From Candidatus Niyogibacteria bacterium (GTDB lineage Bacteria > Patescibacteriota > Minisyncoccia > HO2-45-28): DNA of 64,000 bases. This document shows, piece after piece, positions 34,605 through 44,926 of this stretch. The notes beneath the pieces were generated by a model. The model was not told the origin of the DNA, did not search any database, and saw only the letters and a program-made list of their open reading frames with translations. Made by a program: the position numbers and the translations under genes. The DNA lies in the NCBI GenBank assembly GCA_016181935.1, contig JACOYI010000004.1, forward strand, positions 5,292 through 69,291, written 5' to 3'. Each line of letters opens with the position of its first letter. Positions within the stretch are counted from its first letter, which is position 1.

Positions 34605-34672
34605 GTTCTAATCTTCGGTACTGTGCTTAGCCCCGATTATCTTCGGCGCGAAATCTCTAAACGAGTGAGCTG

Positions 34673-34715
<43 letters not shown>

Positions 34716-35110
34716 CGCTATCAGAGAAATCTCACCACCTTACTTGCACTTAGCACAGATTTAGGGACCTTAAATGTAGATGCGGGCTGTTTCCCTTTCG
34801 ACCGGTGGAGCTTAGCCCCCACGGTCTAACTGCCTCGATACCCCTCCGGTATTCGGAGTTTGGTAGGCATGACGAGATTGCTCCCTTTTCACGCCTTCCA
34901 GTAGCTCTACCCCCGGAAGTACTTCGAGACGCCAGCCCAAAAGCTGTTTCGGAGAGAACCAGCTATTACCAAATTCGATTAGCTTTTCACTCCTTGCCAC
35001 AACTCATCCGATAGTATTGCACGGCTAACCAGTTCGGGCCTCCCCCCGCATTTCTGCGGGGTTCACCCTGGTCATGGCAAGCTCATCTGGTTTCGGGTCT
35101 TACACGCACC

Positions 35111-35191
35111 ACTTTCTAGAATCCGGAAGCTAGAAGCTGGAAACTGGAAAATTCCGGCCTCCAGCCTCTAGCTGTCTGGAAAATCTAGAGT
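35111..35191 (-). repeat. Heptamer-repeat hairpin at 23S position about 654 (H30/31 region)
   Basis: Lies between GGGAAACCGAG...GCGCGT and GACCCGAAACC flanks. Confidence 0.8.
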
Positions 35192-35293
35192 ACGCGCTAT
35201 TCACACTCGGTTTCCCTTTGGATGCGTCCTGACGGACTTATCCGAGCGGTGCATATAAACTCGTTGGCTCATTCTTCAATAGGCACCCCGTCA

Positions 35294-35375
35294 CACCCTG
35301 GAGACTGGAAACTGGATTACCGGAAGCTGGAAATTTTCCAGCTTCCAGAGTTTCTAGTCTCTAGTCTCCAGAGTG
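35294..35375 (-). repeat. Heptamer-repeat hairpin in 23S helix 25
   Basis: Lies between CGGAG and TGACGGGGTGCCT flanks. Confidence 0.8.
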
Positions 35376-36071
35376 CTCCGAGTCCTTGTAAGCGCACGGT
35401 TTCAGGTACTATTTCATCGCCCTCTCGGGCTGCTTTTCACCTTTCCCTCACGGTACTGGTTCACTATCGATCTTGGAGAATATTTAGCCTTGGGAGTCAG
35501 TCCTCCCGAATTCCCCCGACGATTTCGTTTGTCGAGGTACTCACGTAACGATCCCGAGAGCGTAAGGCCGTTTTCGGTTACAGGGCTATTACCTGCTCTC
35601 TCCTTTGAGATTGCTCTCAAAACGGACCGCACGTATAACCTCCTGCACCTTGAAAACAAGGTGCAGGATTTGGGCTCTTCCCGTTTCGCTCGCCGCTACT
35701 TAGGGAATGAGCGAAATAATTCTTAAAGAGCGTAACTATCCGCCCTCAAAGAATGATTTCGCGAATTGTTTCTTTTCCTCCGCTTACTGAGATGTTTCAC
35801 TTCAGCGGGTTGGCAGCCCTGTCATACGACAGGGCTTTTTCGGTTTTACCGAAAAAGGTTTCCCCATTCGGACATCCCCGGATCAAAGGTTGCTAGACAC
35901 CTCCCCGAGGCGTATCGCCGTCACGCCGCGTCCTTCATCGCTTCTCCAAGTCAAGGCATCCACCGTGCGCTCTTATGTCTTATCCCGATGTTTCAACGTC
36001 TTAATCCTTCGACTGCGCTCAGGATTATCCTGAGTATGGCCGAAGGATAACTTTTTACCTGCTCTATGAAA

Positions 36072-36240
36072 TTTTCAAAGTTCTCATCGCACTATGACCA
36101 ATCAAAAACCATCCGCCAGTCGGCGGACGGTTTGAAGAACAAACCTAAATCGTCTCTCCGCCGTTTCGCATATGACTGATGTGATTGGTTATCATATTTC
36201 GATGTAATTCGAGTATAGGCGATTCCCATCCTTGCGTCAA
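36072..36240 (-). promoter_or_regulatory. rRNA promoter and boxA
   Basis: TTGACG-N17-TATACT at 36240-36212; boxA-like GAACTTTGAAAA at 36083-36072. Confidence 0.75.
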
Positions 36241-36452
36241 GCCCCAAAACGATGCGCTGTGAATAAGGTGGGGGGAACCCCCTCGCCCTTCGGACGGGCA
36301 AGAATAGAAAAACCCCTGATTTTCAGGGGTTTTTCGAAAGCCGGACTAATTTCAAAACTCTTGACTTTCTATAGACAGCTTGTTAAAATAATCAACGTAG
36401 TTTGGGTCGTTGGCTCTTTGATTTGCAGTTAATCAGCGCATAAGGAGAAACC

Positions 36453-37460
36453 ATGCGTGCTTCGATCGCTACGGTTTTGCTCGGCGTCGCCCTCCTGCTG
36501 TTTCCGTTTCTGGCAAAAGCCGCGGAAACGGCGGTAAGCTGTCCGGAACTCACCGGACTTCAAGTGGCAGCGGGATTCATTACGTGGATGAACATTCTTC
36601 GCGTTCTCGCGATCGGCGTGGGGGTTGTGTGTCTCGGCTATCTGCTCTTCCGATGGTTCGGCTGGCTTCTCGAGATTTTCCTCTACATTCCCAAAGAAGT
36701 GTACGAGGGCGTCGGGTACGCGCTGAGCGTCGGCCTTATCATTTCAGGATACTGGCTTTCGGAAACGAATATGCTGTGGCCGGTACTCACGGGGTGTCTC
36801 CTTTTCGGAGCCATGCTCATCATCACAGGCGCGCTTCATAAGTTGGCGCCGAACTGGGAGCATTTCTTTGGCATTTTGTTTCTGGTATGGAGCGCAGTTG
36901 CGCTTTTTTACCAGAGTGCGCCCGTGGGTTTCATTGCGGTCGCAGCACTCATGGGGTTGGTCGGCTTTTCCGCGGCGGTGATTCCATGCGGTTACGCAAT
37001 CGGTTTTCGCGATGAAGATGCCGTGAGCCGGGCGACCACAACGGCATTCATCGTTCTGACGGGATTTGTTTTTCTGCGCGTGGTCGGGCAATCTCTTCCC
37101 TACATTCATGTGTTCGAGCAAGGAGCGCTCTGGCTCGGCAGCTTTGTCGGCTATGTCGGCCTCCTGATCGCTTCGAGCAGATGGTATGCGAAGCGGGCGA
37201 TTTATCCCGCGATGCAGTTGATCACTATACTACTCGGGATGGCGGCGATCGGCGCAGGTTCAGTGTTTGGGATTCCGCAACTTCTCGGGATCGGCGGTAC
37301 GTTTTTCGTGCTATATCTGATCGAGAAGCCGTTCGAAATCCCTGTTGAGAGCGCAGTCGGCTACGCCACTATCGGCCTTTTTGTTTCTTCCTGCGTCGGC
37401 GGGGGCGTGTGGTGGGCTCAAAATCACATGGATCTCGTGCGACCCTATCTTTTGTTTTAA
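36453..37460 (+). CDS. Hypothetical polytopic membrane protein
   Basis: About 10 TM segments; TTGACT-N17-TAAAAT promoter, AAGGAG SD. Confidence 0.8.
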   Translation: MRASIATVLLGVALLLFPFLAKAAETAVSCPELTGLQVAAGFITWMNILRVLAIGVGVVCLGYLLFRWFGWLLEIFLYIPKEVYEGVGYALSVGLIISGYWLSETNMLWPVLTGCLLFGAMLIITGALHKLAPNWEHFFGILFLVWSAVALFYQSAPVGFIAVAALMGLVGFSAAVIPCGYAIGFRDEDAVSRATTTAFIVLTGFVFLRVVGQSLPYIHVFEQGALWLGSFVGYVGLLIASSRWYAKRAIYPAMQLITILLGMAAIGAGSVFGIPQLLGIGGTFFVLYLIEKPFEIPVESAVGYATIGLFVSSCVGGGVWWAQNHMDLVRPYLLF

Positions 37461-37587
37461 CAGTTGCAGCGGCGAATAGTGAACGAAAAAGGAAAAATCC
37501 GGTTGGATTGAGACCGAGGCAAAACGCGATCCCCGACACACGAAGTGTGTCGGGGATTTTTCATTCAGAAAAATTTCGCGCGGAGTT

Positions 37588-38277
37588 CTACCGGTTGTCC
37601 ATGATATCGTTCCGCAGACGTGCGATGAATTTCTCCGCCGCGTCTTTGCCCCCCAGACCGAACGACAAACCAATGGCAAGCGAGATCGCGGCAACCGCTC
37701 CGGTAAAGAGTGTTTGCACCAATGGCCCCGCAATGCCCAGCTGGAAGAGCGCGGCCAAAATCGCAAAGATCCAGATCGCCCATTTCGAGACACCGCCCAA
37801 AAACCCGGCGGACGGCAAATGCGCCGCGCGGGCCGAACCCGTCACGACGCGTTGGGTGATATCCGCAAGGACCGCCGACGCGACCAAAATGATCGCGGCA
37901 ACAATGACTTTCGGAAGGTACACCAATACGACGTCCGACAAAAAGATATTCACCTGCGTCAAACCGAGCACATCAACGGCGGCAACCAGAAATACGATGA
38001 TGACGAACCATTTTACGAGCGCGCCGATGAATGCGCCGGAATCCAACTGCCATCCTGCGCGCGACAACGGTTCTTCGAAGCCGATGCTTTGAAGCGCGCG
38101 GTCCACTTTCAGGGCGTGGAAAATTTGCGCGACAACCCGGTCAAGCGCCATGGCGATCACCCAGCCGACGACAAAAATAATGAGCGCAACGACAAGCTGT
38201 GGGATGAATCCGATAACGCCCGCCCATAACTGTTGGAAAGACGCCACCAGAACATCTCCCCACGTTTGTAACAACAT
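37588..38277 (-). CDS. TM-helix-repeat membrane protein (CmpX / mechanosensitive-channel-associated type)
   Basis: FIPQLVVALII and YLPKVIVAAII repeats; GLSFGLGG. Confidence 0.8.
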   Translation of the reverse strand: MLLQTWGDVLVASFQQLWAGVIGFIPQLVVALIIFVVGWVIAMALDRVVAQIFHALKVDRALQSIGFEEPLSRAGWQLDSGAFIGALVKWFVIIVFLVAAVDVLGLTQVNIFLSDVVLVYLPKVIVAAIILVASAVLADITQRVVTGSARAAHLPSAGFLGGVSKWAIWIFAILAALFQLGIAGPLVQTLFTGAVAAISLAIGLSFGLGGKDAAEKFIARLRNDIMDNR

Positions 38278-38503
38278 AATGCGTTAAATGTTAGATATTA
38301 ATTCTTATAAAGCAGAGATAGGGGGCATGCGGATTTATTCGACCGTTCCGCAGCCATTCTATCCCGTTTTAAATAAATAGCCCAAAAGGTGCATCGCTTA
38401 CTATTATATCATATTCCCGCTCTTAACTCACCGGCCTTCCTGTGGATGTGGATAAGTGCAAAGAAAAACTGCGCCCGAAGGCGCAGATGTCTGTGAAAAC
38501 TAC

Positions 38504-38970
38504 TTACGAAATCAGAGAGGAAATGAACCACGAAATGGCGAAACCGAACACGCTCCAGATCGCGGTCGCGATTCCGGCGATCACCAGAAGCGCCGCGAGG
38601 CGCCGCGAAGCATAAAACATCATGTGCGGCCCTTCTTCGTCATGCATATATTTGTAACTCAGCATACCGATGCCGAAAATCCACGACCACGGTTTCCCGT
38701 CCAGATCGTTGGCGTCCTGTACCGATTCGCTGTCCATCGTCGTGTAATACCGATGTCCGCTGGTTTCGTCTTCCCAGCGCAGACGGGCAAATAGACACCC
38801 CCGTCGAGCGCCGGGAAAAACCGATCGCGAAACCATGAGTACCGACTAGCTCCTGCCGGAATCTTCCAGTCGATCCGATACGGATGCTCGAACCCCGATG
38901 CCCAGACAACGAAAGAAAGCATCCATGCGAGCACAAGGCCGAAGAAGTACACACTCCAAAATATCACCAT
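38504..38970 (-). pseudogene. Probable frameshifted membrane protein gene
   Basis: SD-led ORF 38970-38659 and overlapping ORF ending at 38504 look like N- and C-halves of one gene; T and G homopolymer runs near 38800-38820. Confidence 0.45.
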
Positions 38971-39058
38971 GCGGCACCTCCTTACGATTGGCTGTGGCGT
39001 GAAGAACCGTCAATGAACCTGACACGAGGATAAACTATAAAAATCAACCCGTCAAGGG

Positions 39059-39132
39059 TGCGCGCGCCTGGACTCGAACCAGGGGCCTTACGGATGTGAA
39101 CCGTACGCTCTAACCAACTGAGCTACGCGCGC
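39059..39132 (-). tRNA. tRNA-Val(CAC)
   Basis: Cloverleaf, anticodon loop TTCACAT. Confidence 0.95.
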
Positions 39133-39154
39133 ATGCGCTCCTTTTAGTTTAGCG

Positions 39155-39769
39155 CTATGCTTTTTTCGACTCCATGCGATTCACCAGCGTTTCGTGCGGC
39201 GTCGCGAGAATGTCGCGCAAAAACCGATCGGACATTTTTATGCGATACTCGTATTCTTCAGACGTAAAATACACATAATTCACCGCGCGGCCGAAATCGG
39301 CCTCAATGGAACGCACTACCCGCTCAAGAGGCGTCCGCCGGATACCATCGCCTACCAGCAAAATATCCGTGCGCGCATTGTCCTGATCCAAAAATACGCC
39401 GGACAGCACCGCGAGTTTCAGCCGGCCGCCGAATGCCGCATCGAAACGTTTCAGAAGCGCCGTATTGGAGAGCGGAGCCTCTTTCATCAAAAGCGCGCGC
39501 AACGGCCGCAGCAATTCGAAATCGGAATTGAGCGCCCATCGTTTTGACGCGCTCTGGACTCCGACGCGCGCCTTGGTTCCTTTCCCTGCCGTCTGCAAAA
39601 ATCCGATCCTTGCAAGCACGCGGATCTCCTTCTCGACCGCCGTGCGGTCGCTCGCCGAACGTTCCGCCGCCTCTTCACTACCCAGCAGTTCCTGCGGATT
39701 ATGCAGGAACAACCGCATGACTTTTATCCGCGTATCGGAAAAAAGTTCAGAAAGGATATCGGCGGCCAT
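39155..39769 (-). CDS. Winged-HTH plus nucleotidyltransferase-like hypothetical protein
   Basis: N-terminal wHTH pattern; SGVF...TDILLVGD. Confidence 0.7.
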   Translation of the reverse strand: MAADILSELFSDTRIKVMRLFLHNPQELLGSEEAAERSASDRTAVEKEIRVLARIGFLQTAGKGTKARVGVQSASKRWALNSDFELLRPLRALLMKEAPLSNTALLKRFDAAFGGRLKLAVLSGVFLDQDNARTDILLVGDGIRRTPLERVVRSIEADFGRAVNYVYFTSEEYEYRIKMSDRFLRDILATPHETLVNRMESKKA

Positions 39770-39780
39770 GAATGCGGTGA

Positions 39781-40185
39781 TTATTTAAGCCCGACTTCCG
39801 CGCCTGCGGCTTCCAATTTTTTCTTAAGCTCTTCGGCTTCCTCTTTCTTGAGATTCTCTTTCACCGCTTTTGGCGCGGCATCCGCCAGATCTTTGGCCTC
39901 TTTCAATCCCAGACCCAACGCCTCCCGAAGCGCTTTGATGACCTGAATTTTTTGCGGGCCCGCGCTCTTCAGTTCCACGGTATACGCGGTTTTTTCTTCC
40001 GCCGCACTTGTATCCCCTCCTGCTTGCGGCGCCGCGGGCATCGCCATCGCCTGAGCCGATACGCCGAACTTTTCCTCAAAAACCTTCACCAATTCCGAAA
40101 GATCAAGAACGCTCATTGTGGAGATCGCGTCCACGATATCTTTGAACTTCGCGGGAACCTCAACATTCTTGGTATCGTCTGCCAT
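39781..40185 (-). CDS. rplL: 50S ribosomal protein L7/L12
   Basis: [26 protein letters not shown]. Confidence 0.97.
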   Translation of the reverse strand: MADDTKNVEVPAKFKDIVDAISTMSVLDLSELVKVFEEKFGVSAQAMAMPAAPQAGGDTSAAEEKTAYTVELKSAGPQKIQVIKALREALGLGLKEAKDLADAAPKAVKENLKKEEAEELKKKLEAAGAEVGLK

Positions 40186-40277
40186 AGTATTAGTTTTGCT
40201 TTTTACTTATATTTGCGAGCGAGCCCGCAGGCGAAAGCTTGCTTTCATCTGGGGCGAGCGACGCAAATAAAGAAATG

Positions 40278-40799
40278 TTATTCCGTAACATTTCTTATTT
40301 GATTAATAACACCGACCAGGGATCGCGCGGGTCCCGAAAGGACGCGGACAAATCCGGTCATCGGAAACGCGAGCATGCCGGCCAATTGCGCAAGCAATAC
40401 TTCTCGGGGCGGAATGTCCGCGAATTGCTTCATCGCTTGCGCAAGCATATACTGCCCCGACACGATGCCGCCGACGATTTTCAAATTGTCATTCTTCTTC
40501 GCAAAATCTTTAATGGCCTTTGCCGCATCGGAGGCCTCTTCGTAGCCGAACGCTACCGCGATCTCGCCCTCAAGTCGGGGAAGCTCGCCCACAGTTCCAA
40601 ACGCGGAGAGCACCCGTTTCAAAAGCGTTTTTTTGATGATCGTGATGTCCGCGCCGAGTTTACGGAGCGCCACGCGAAGCTTGTTCATGTCCTGCGTTTT
40701 CACGCCGTGAAAATTCAAAAACACCGTGACTTTTGCCCGTTCGGCTTTTTCGTGTGCATCGCGGATGATGTCTTCTTTGAGCGCTCGCGTGGTCGGCAT
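40278..40799 (-). CDS. rplJ: 50S ribosomal protein L10
   Basis: KKTLL, IPPREVLLAQL; start placed at ATG 40799. Confidence 0.93.
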   Translation of the reverse strand: MPTTRALKEDIIRDAHEKAERAKVTVFLNFHGVKTQDMNKLRVALRKLGADITIIKKTLLKRVLSAFGTVGELPRLEGEIAVAFGYEEASDAAKAIKDFAKKNDNLKIVGGIVSGQYMLAQAMKQFADIPPREVLLAQLAGMLAFPMTGFVRVLSGPARSLVGVINQIRNVTE

Positions 40800-40804
40800 A
40801 TGGT

Positions 40805-40903
40805 TTAAAAAAATTGCGGCTTCGCGCCGCATGAGTATCCACCCCTTTTCGGGATCGAATGCCTCCATAGGACTTACCGTATCCGTGCCTATGTTCTACG
40901 GCT
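40805..40903 (-). promoter_or_regulatory. L10 leader attenuator
   Basis: GCCGTAGAACATAGG...TAAGTCCTATGGAGGC core followed by terminator TGCGGC-GCGAA-GCCGCA-ATTTTTTT. Confidence 0.8.
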
Positions 40904-40936
40904 ACAAAAGCATCTTATGCAAAATATATTTGGATG

Positions 40937-41476
40937 TCAAGTTCGCGCGGTAAAAAACACCCCGCATGCACATGAAGTGCGCGGGGTTTGACTGGACCGT
41001 GCCGAGGGCGCGGCTAGTAGGTGAACTGGGAGAACCAGCCGGCGCGCTTCGGCGACCGGGGCCGGAGCGGCCGCGGGAGCTGCCGACGCGACCGGAGCGC
41101 TCGCACCATTGAGCAGGGCGAGCTCTTTGACCGCCTGCTCGAGTTCGTGGCGCCGCGCTTCCTTGGCGGAGGTCTGGTGTGTCTTGATGGCGCCCGTGAC
41201 TTCCGCTTCGAGTTCGCGGTTCGCTTCTTCCACGACGGCCGAGTAGTGCTTCTCGAGGCCACCGAGCTGCATTCTCAGCATGTGCCGCTGGCGCTTCACC
41301 CAGCCCGGACGGTGGATCTCGCCCGCGCCGAACGCCGTGCTCATGCTGCAGGCCGTGAACGGGACCCGCTTGCCGTTTTCCCGCCGCGCCGCGAGCTTCT
41401 GGATCGTGCGGTCGATCAACATCTTGAGACCCTGCTCGTAGGTCGGACGCAGGTCGATGGTCGCTGTGTGTTCCAT
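40937..41476 (-). CDS. Hypothetical GC-rich coiled-coil protein; 3' end may be frameshifted
   Basis: Promoter, boxA-like motif and SD upstream; the ORF reads through its own terminator at 40955-40987. Confidence 0.6.
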   Translation of the reverse strand: MEHTATIDLRPTYEQGLKMLIDRTIQKLAARRENGKRVPFTACSMSTAFGAGEIHRPGWVKRQRHMLRMQLGGLEKHYSAVVEEANRELEAEVTGAIKTHQTSAKEARRHELEQAVKELALLNGASAPVASAAPAAAPAPVAEARRLVLPVHLLAAPSARSSQTPRTSCACGVFFTART

Positions 41477-41702
41477 GGCTTTCCCCTTTCAAAAAGAGGG
41501 AGGTTAAAGAACGCGCGCGTTCGAAGCAACATTGCTTTTTACGCACCTTTTTCTTACCAAAAGGATGGCTGTATGTCAATCCCCCAATACCGTTTCCATA
41601 TTATTGACAAAAAATAGAAATATGGCGTGTGTCTGCGTGGACAGCAAGCCCCGCCTGTAGTACGCTCGAATCAAATTGCTGTTTAAAATTTAGAAAGGGT
41701 TC

Positions 41703-42863
41703 ATGGACGGATTGCGAACATGGATCGAGATCGATACGGATGCGCTCCGGCATAATTATCGAGCATTCAAAAAATATGTCGGCGGGCATTGCCGCGTGAT
41801 GGCGGTCGTCAAATCGAACGCGTACGGCCACGGTCTCATGGAAACCGCGGAGACGCTTCAAGATGCGGGGGCGGATTGTTTCGCGGTGGATTCCATTGTG
41901 GAAGCGCTCGCGCTTCGCAAGCGCGGCATCATGAGCGACATTTTGGTCCTCGGCCATACGCTAAAAGGACGATTCGCGGACGCCGCCTCCAACAGCATTG
42001 CGCTCACGATCGCCGGAATGGCGGATCTGAAAAATCTTCGCGAATCGCAACTCACCATGCTCCCTAAAATCATTCCATTGTACATCCACATCAAAATCGA
42101 TACGGGAATGCATCGTCAAGGATTTTCCCCTTCCGAACTTCCGCAAGTATTCGAGGCGCTCACCGTCCTTAGGGACAGTGGCACTATCTTATTGGACGGG
42201 CTGTACACGCATTTGGCGGCGGCCGGCGATCCCAAATTTTCCGAAGAAACGCGCGCACAGATCATGCTCTTTTCGGATATCGCGGATGGGATGCCGGAAA
42301 ACAAATTGTGGCCTGAGCATGTTCATGCCGCAGCCACGGCCGGCGCACTCGCCCATCCCGAAGCGCATTTCGATATGGTCCGCATCGGTATCGGGCTCTA
42401 CGGATATTGGCCAAGTCGTACGCCCGTCGTCGTTTTTCCGAACAGCGTTTTGAAGCCCGTTCTTTCATGGAAAACGATCGTCACGGATATCAAAAATTTT
42501 CCGAAAAACGAACGCATCGGCTATGGATTCAGCGAAAAACTGACCCGCAATTCGAGGGTCGCTCTTTTGCCGGTCGGTTATTGGCACGGCTATCGCGGCG
42601 CGCTTTCGCGCAAAGCGCATGTCTTGATCCGCGGAAAACGCGCAAAAGTTCTTGGACTGGTCTCGATGGACATGATGAGCGTGGATGTAACGGATATTCC
42701 GGAAGCAGAACCGGAGGATATCGCGACGCTCATCGGAGCGGACGGGAGCGAATTCGTCTCGGCGCACGAACTTGCGCATTGCGCCCGAACCTCGGTCTAT
42801 GAGATCCTCACCTGCATCAATCCGCGCATCCGGCGGATTCTCGTAAGCGCCAGCCAGAGCTAA
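41703..42863 (+). CDS. alr: Alanine racemase
   Basis: VVKSNAYGHG (PLP lysine), KIDTGMHR, VRIGIGLYG. Confidence 0.96.
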   Translation: MDGLRTWIEIDTDALRHNYRAFKKYVGGHCRVMAVVKSNAYGHGLMETAETLQDAGADCFAVDSIVEALALRKRGIMSDILVLGHTLKGRFADAASNSIALTIAGMADLKNLRESQLTMLPKIIPLYIHIKIDTGMHRQGFSPSELPQVFEALTVLRDSGTILLDGLYTHLAAAGDPKFSEETRAQIMLFSDIADGMPENKLWPEHVHAAATAGALAHPEAHFDMVRIGIGLYGYWPSRTPVVVFPNSVLKPVLSWKTIVTDIKNFPKNERIGYGFSEKLTRNSRVALLPVGYWHGYRGALSRKAHVLIRGKRAKVLGLVSMDMMSVDVTDIPEAEPEDIATLIGADGSEFVSAHELAHCARTSVYEILTCINPRIRRILVSASQS

Positions 42864-42902
42864 GCTCTGGCTTTTTTGTTGACGAATGCAAAAATTCTAT
42901 CG

Positions 42903-43547
42903 CTAGACGGGCGCGCCGGGACAGAGGTCGCGGAGATGGATCTTCGCGTTTTCGCGGTTCGCTTTGTTTTTCATTGCGCGATTGTAGTTGATGATGCGAT
43001 AGGTCAGCCGGAACCATTCTTTTTTCGGAAACAACGCCATCAAGTCGCGCTCGATTTTTACGGGGTCGCTGTACGCCGACAAGTTGCAGTAATTGGCGAA
43101 TTGCCGGACATGCGTATCCACCGCGATTCCTTCCACCACACCGTACGCATTGCCGAGAACGATGTTCGCGGTCTTACGCGCGACGCCGCGGAGTTTTGTC
43201 ATTTCCTCCATCGTTTTGGGCAACCGGCCGCCAAATTTTTCAACCAGCATTTTTGCCGAGGCGATAATGCTCTTTGCCTTGGCATGGTAAAATCCGGTGG
43301 ATTTTATTTCTTTCTCAAATGTTTTCGGATTCGCCTCCGCAAAATTCTTCGCGGTTTTATATTTTTTGAAAAGCTCGCGCGTCACTTCGTTCACTTTTTT
43401 ATCCGTGCACTGCGCGGACAGGATGACCGCGACGAGTAATTGAATGGGATTGCCATACGTGAGCGCGATCTTCGCATCGGGGTATGCTTTTGAGAGCCGC
43501 TTTAAAATCGCGCCCGCGCGTTTCTTTTTTGCCGATTCATTTTCCAT
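42903..43547 (-). CDS. nth: Endonuclease III lacking the Fe-S cluster motif
   Basis: LSAQCTD, HhH GVARKTAN, VDTHV; only one C-terminal Cys. Confidence 0.9.
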   Translation of the reverse strand: MENESAKKKRAGAILKRLSKAYPDAKIALTYGNPIQLLVAVILSAQCTDKKVNEVTRELFKKYKTAKNFAEANPKTFEKEIKSTGFYHAKAKSIIASAKMLVEKFGGRLPKTMEEMTKLRGVARKTANIVLGNAYGVVEGIAVDTHVRQFANYCNLSAYSDPVKIERDLMALFPKKEWFRLTYRIINYNRAMKNKANRENAKIHLRDLCPGAPV

Positions 43548-43586
43548 AGCGGCATCATAACAAAAAAACACCCCTCCGAAGAGGGG

Positions 43587-43961
43587 CTACGAAACAATAA
43601 CAGCTTCCCACGAGAATCGTTTCCCGCCTCGCCGAAGAGGCATGGGCATGGATTCCGGTCGCGCGTATGCGCGTTCTCCATCGTCGGCCAGTATGACCAG
43701 AAGGATCTTCACGCGTTCGGGATGGGCGCGGGCTTTCTGCACAAGATACACCAAAAAGTTCGCATCGCGCACCATGCTCTCAAGCGCATGCATACGCTGA
43801 TGTTCGAGTATATGCACATCGCCTTCGGTGAGCCGGATCTTCAGTCGCTTTTCGGCGTCGCCGATCCACTCGACCCCGATGCCCAGCTTTTCGAATATAT
43901 AGATAAGGTCATCCACCTTCCCGTGGTAGACGAACTTCCTTCTCTCTATTCGGGGCCTCAT
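43587..43961 (-). CDS. Hypothetical protein
   Basis: GGAGG SD, TATAAT promoter. Confidence 0.65.
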   Translation of the reverse strand: MRPRIERRKFVYHGKVDDLIYIFEKLGIGVEWIGDAEKRLKIRLTEGDVHILEHQRMHALESMVRDANFLVYLVQKARAHPERVKILLVILADDGERAYARPESMPMPLRRGGKRFSWEAVIVS

Positions 43962-44066
43962 GCTCCTCCGTGGCTCGATTTACTGGAAAAGAACATTTTA
44001 ATTATAGCATACCTGCAGAAAAAATCAAGAGCTAACAAAAAACCGCCGGCTCGAAGCCGACGGCGA

Positions 44067-44438
44067 CTACTTCTTCTTCATACCCTCATAAATTTCTCGA
44101 ATTTCTCGCGCGCTTTCCCCGGCCCGGAAGGCCAAATTCACGATACCGAGAACGGTGTCGGATGCGTGCATCGCTTCTTTGAGAACATTCGTGACATCAT
44201 CCGGCAAATCCGCGATCTCCGCCTCGATCAACAGCCAACCGGGTTTGATTTTCAGATAATTCGCGATCTTGATGAGCCGTTGCAAGCTCGGCAATGCTTT
44301 CCCATCTTCGATAGCCGCCATCTGCGTCTCGCTCAACTCAACTGCGGTCGCAAGCGCATGCTGCATGATGTCCCTCTCCATCCGGTGTCGCGTGATCACG
44401 GTCCCGATGTTTTTCGCGTACTGCGCCATGCTCAGCAT
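44067..44438 (-). CDS. XRE-family helix-turn-helix protein
   Basis: LA..VELSETQMAAIEDGKALPSLQRLIKIANYL. Confidence 0.85.
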   Translation of the reverse strand: MLSMAQYAKNIGTVITRHRMERDIMQHALATAVELSETQMAAIEDGKALPSLQRLIKIANYLKIKPGWLLIEAEIADLPDDVTNVLKEAMHASDTVLGIVNLAFRAGESAREIREIYEGMKKK

Positions 44439-44492
44439 GGTTGTCTCCTTTCTGGAAGGTTTGCCGACAGTTTAAAACCCGCCACCATTGAA

Positions 44493-44867
44493 TCAGAAAG
44501 GATGCGGGATGTCAAGATGAGGCATCAGGTCGGTATGGAACGCCGCCTTTGAATCAATGGGAATAATTGCCGCGATGCTCGCGAGTTTTTTATTGGGCCA
44601 CACTTCCTCGCCCAGCATATGGCCTGCGATAAAGAGAGCGCGTTCTTTGTCCAAACATCGGATCGCGCGGCTGATCGCGCAAAGGTCCTTCGGAAATTGT
44701 CCGTGGTCGAAATTCAGAAAAAAGACGATCCCGAAACACGGAAGGACTTTTTCGGTCTCGTCCCCCGGAAACCGATAGGAAACAATTTTATCGCTCCCTT
44801 CCCTGACGCGAACCACATCCGGCAATACCGACCGGATGCGTTCGAGCGGATATTCCAGATTCCACAT
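44493..44867 (-). CDS. Hypothetical protein
   Basis: GGAGG SD before ATG 44867 (MWNLEY). Confidence 0.6.
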   Translation of the reverse strand: MWNLEYPLERIRSVLPDVVRVREGSDKIVSYRFPGDETEKVLPCFGIVFFLNFDHGQFPKDLCAISRAIRCLDKERALFIAGHMLGEEVWPNKKLASIAAIIPIDSKAAFHTDLMPHLDIPHPF

Positions 44868-44926
44868 CGCTCGCCTCCGATCCACATGGGTTCTCGCGCG
44901 ACAATAACAGAAAATCCCTTTCCGCG

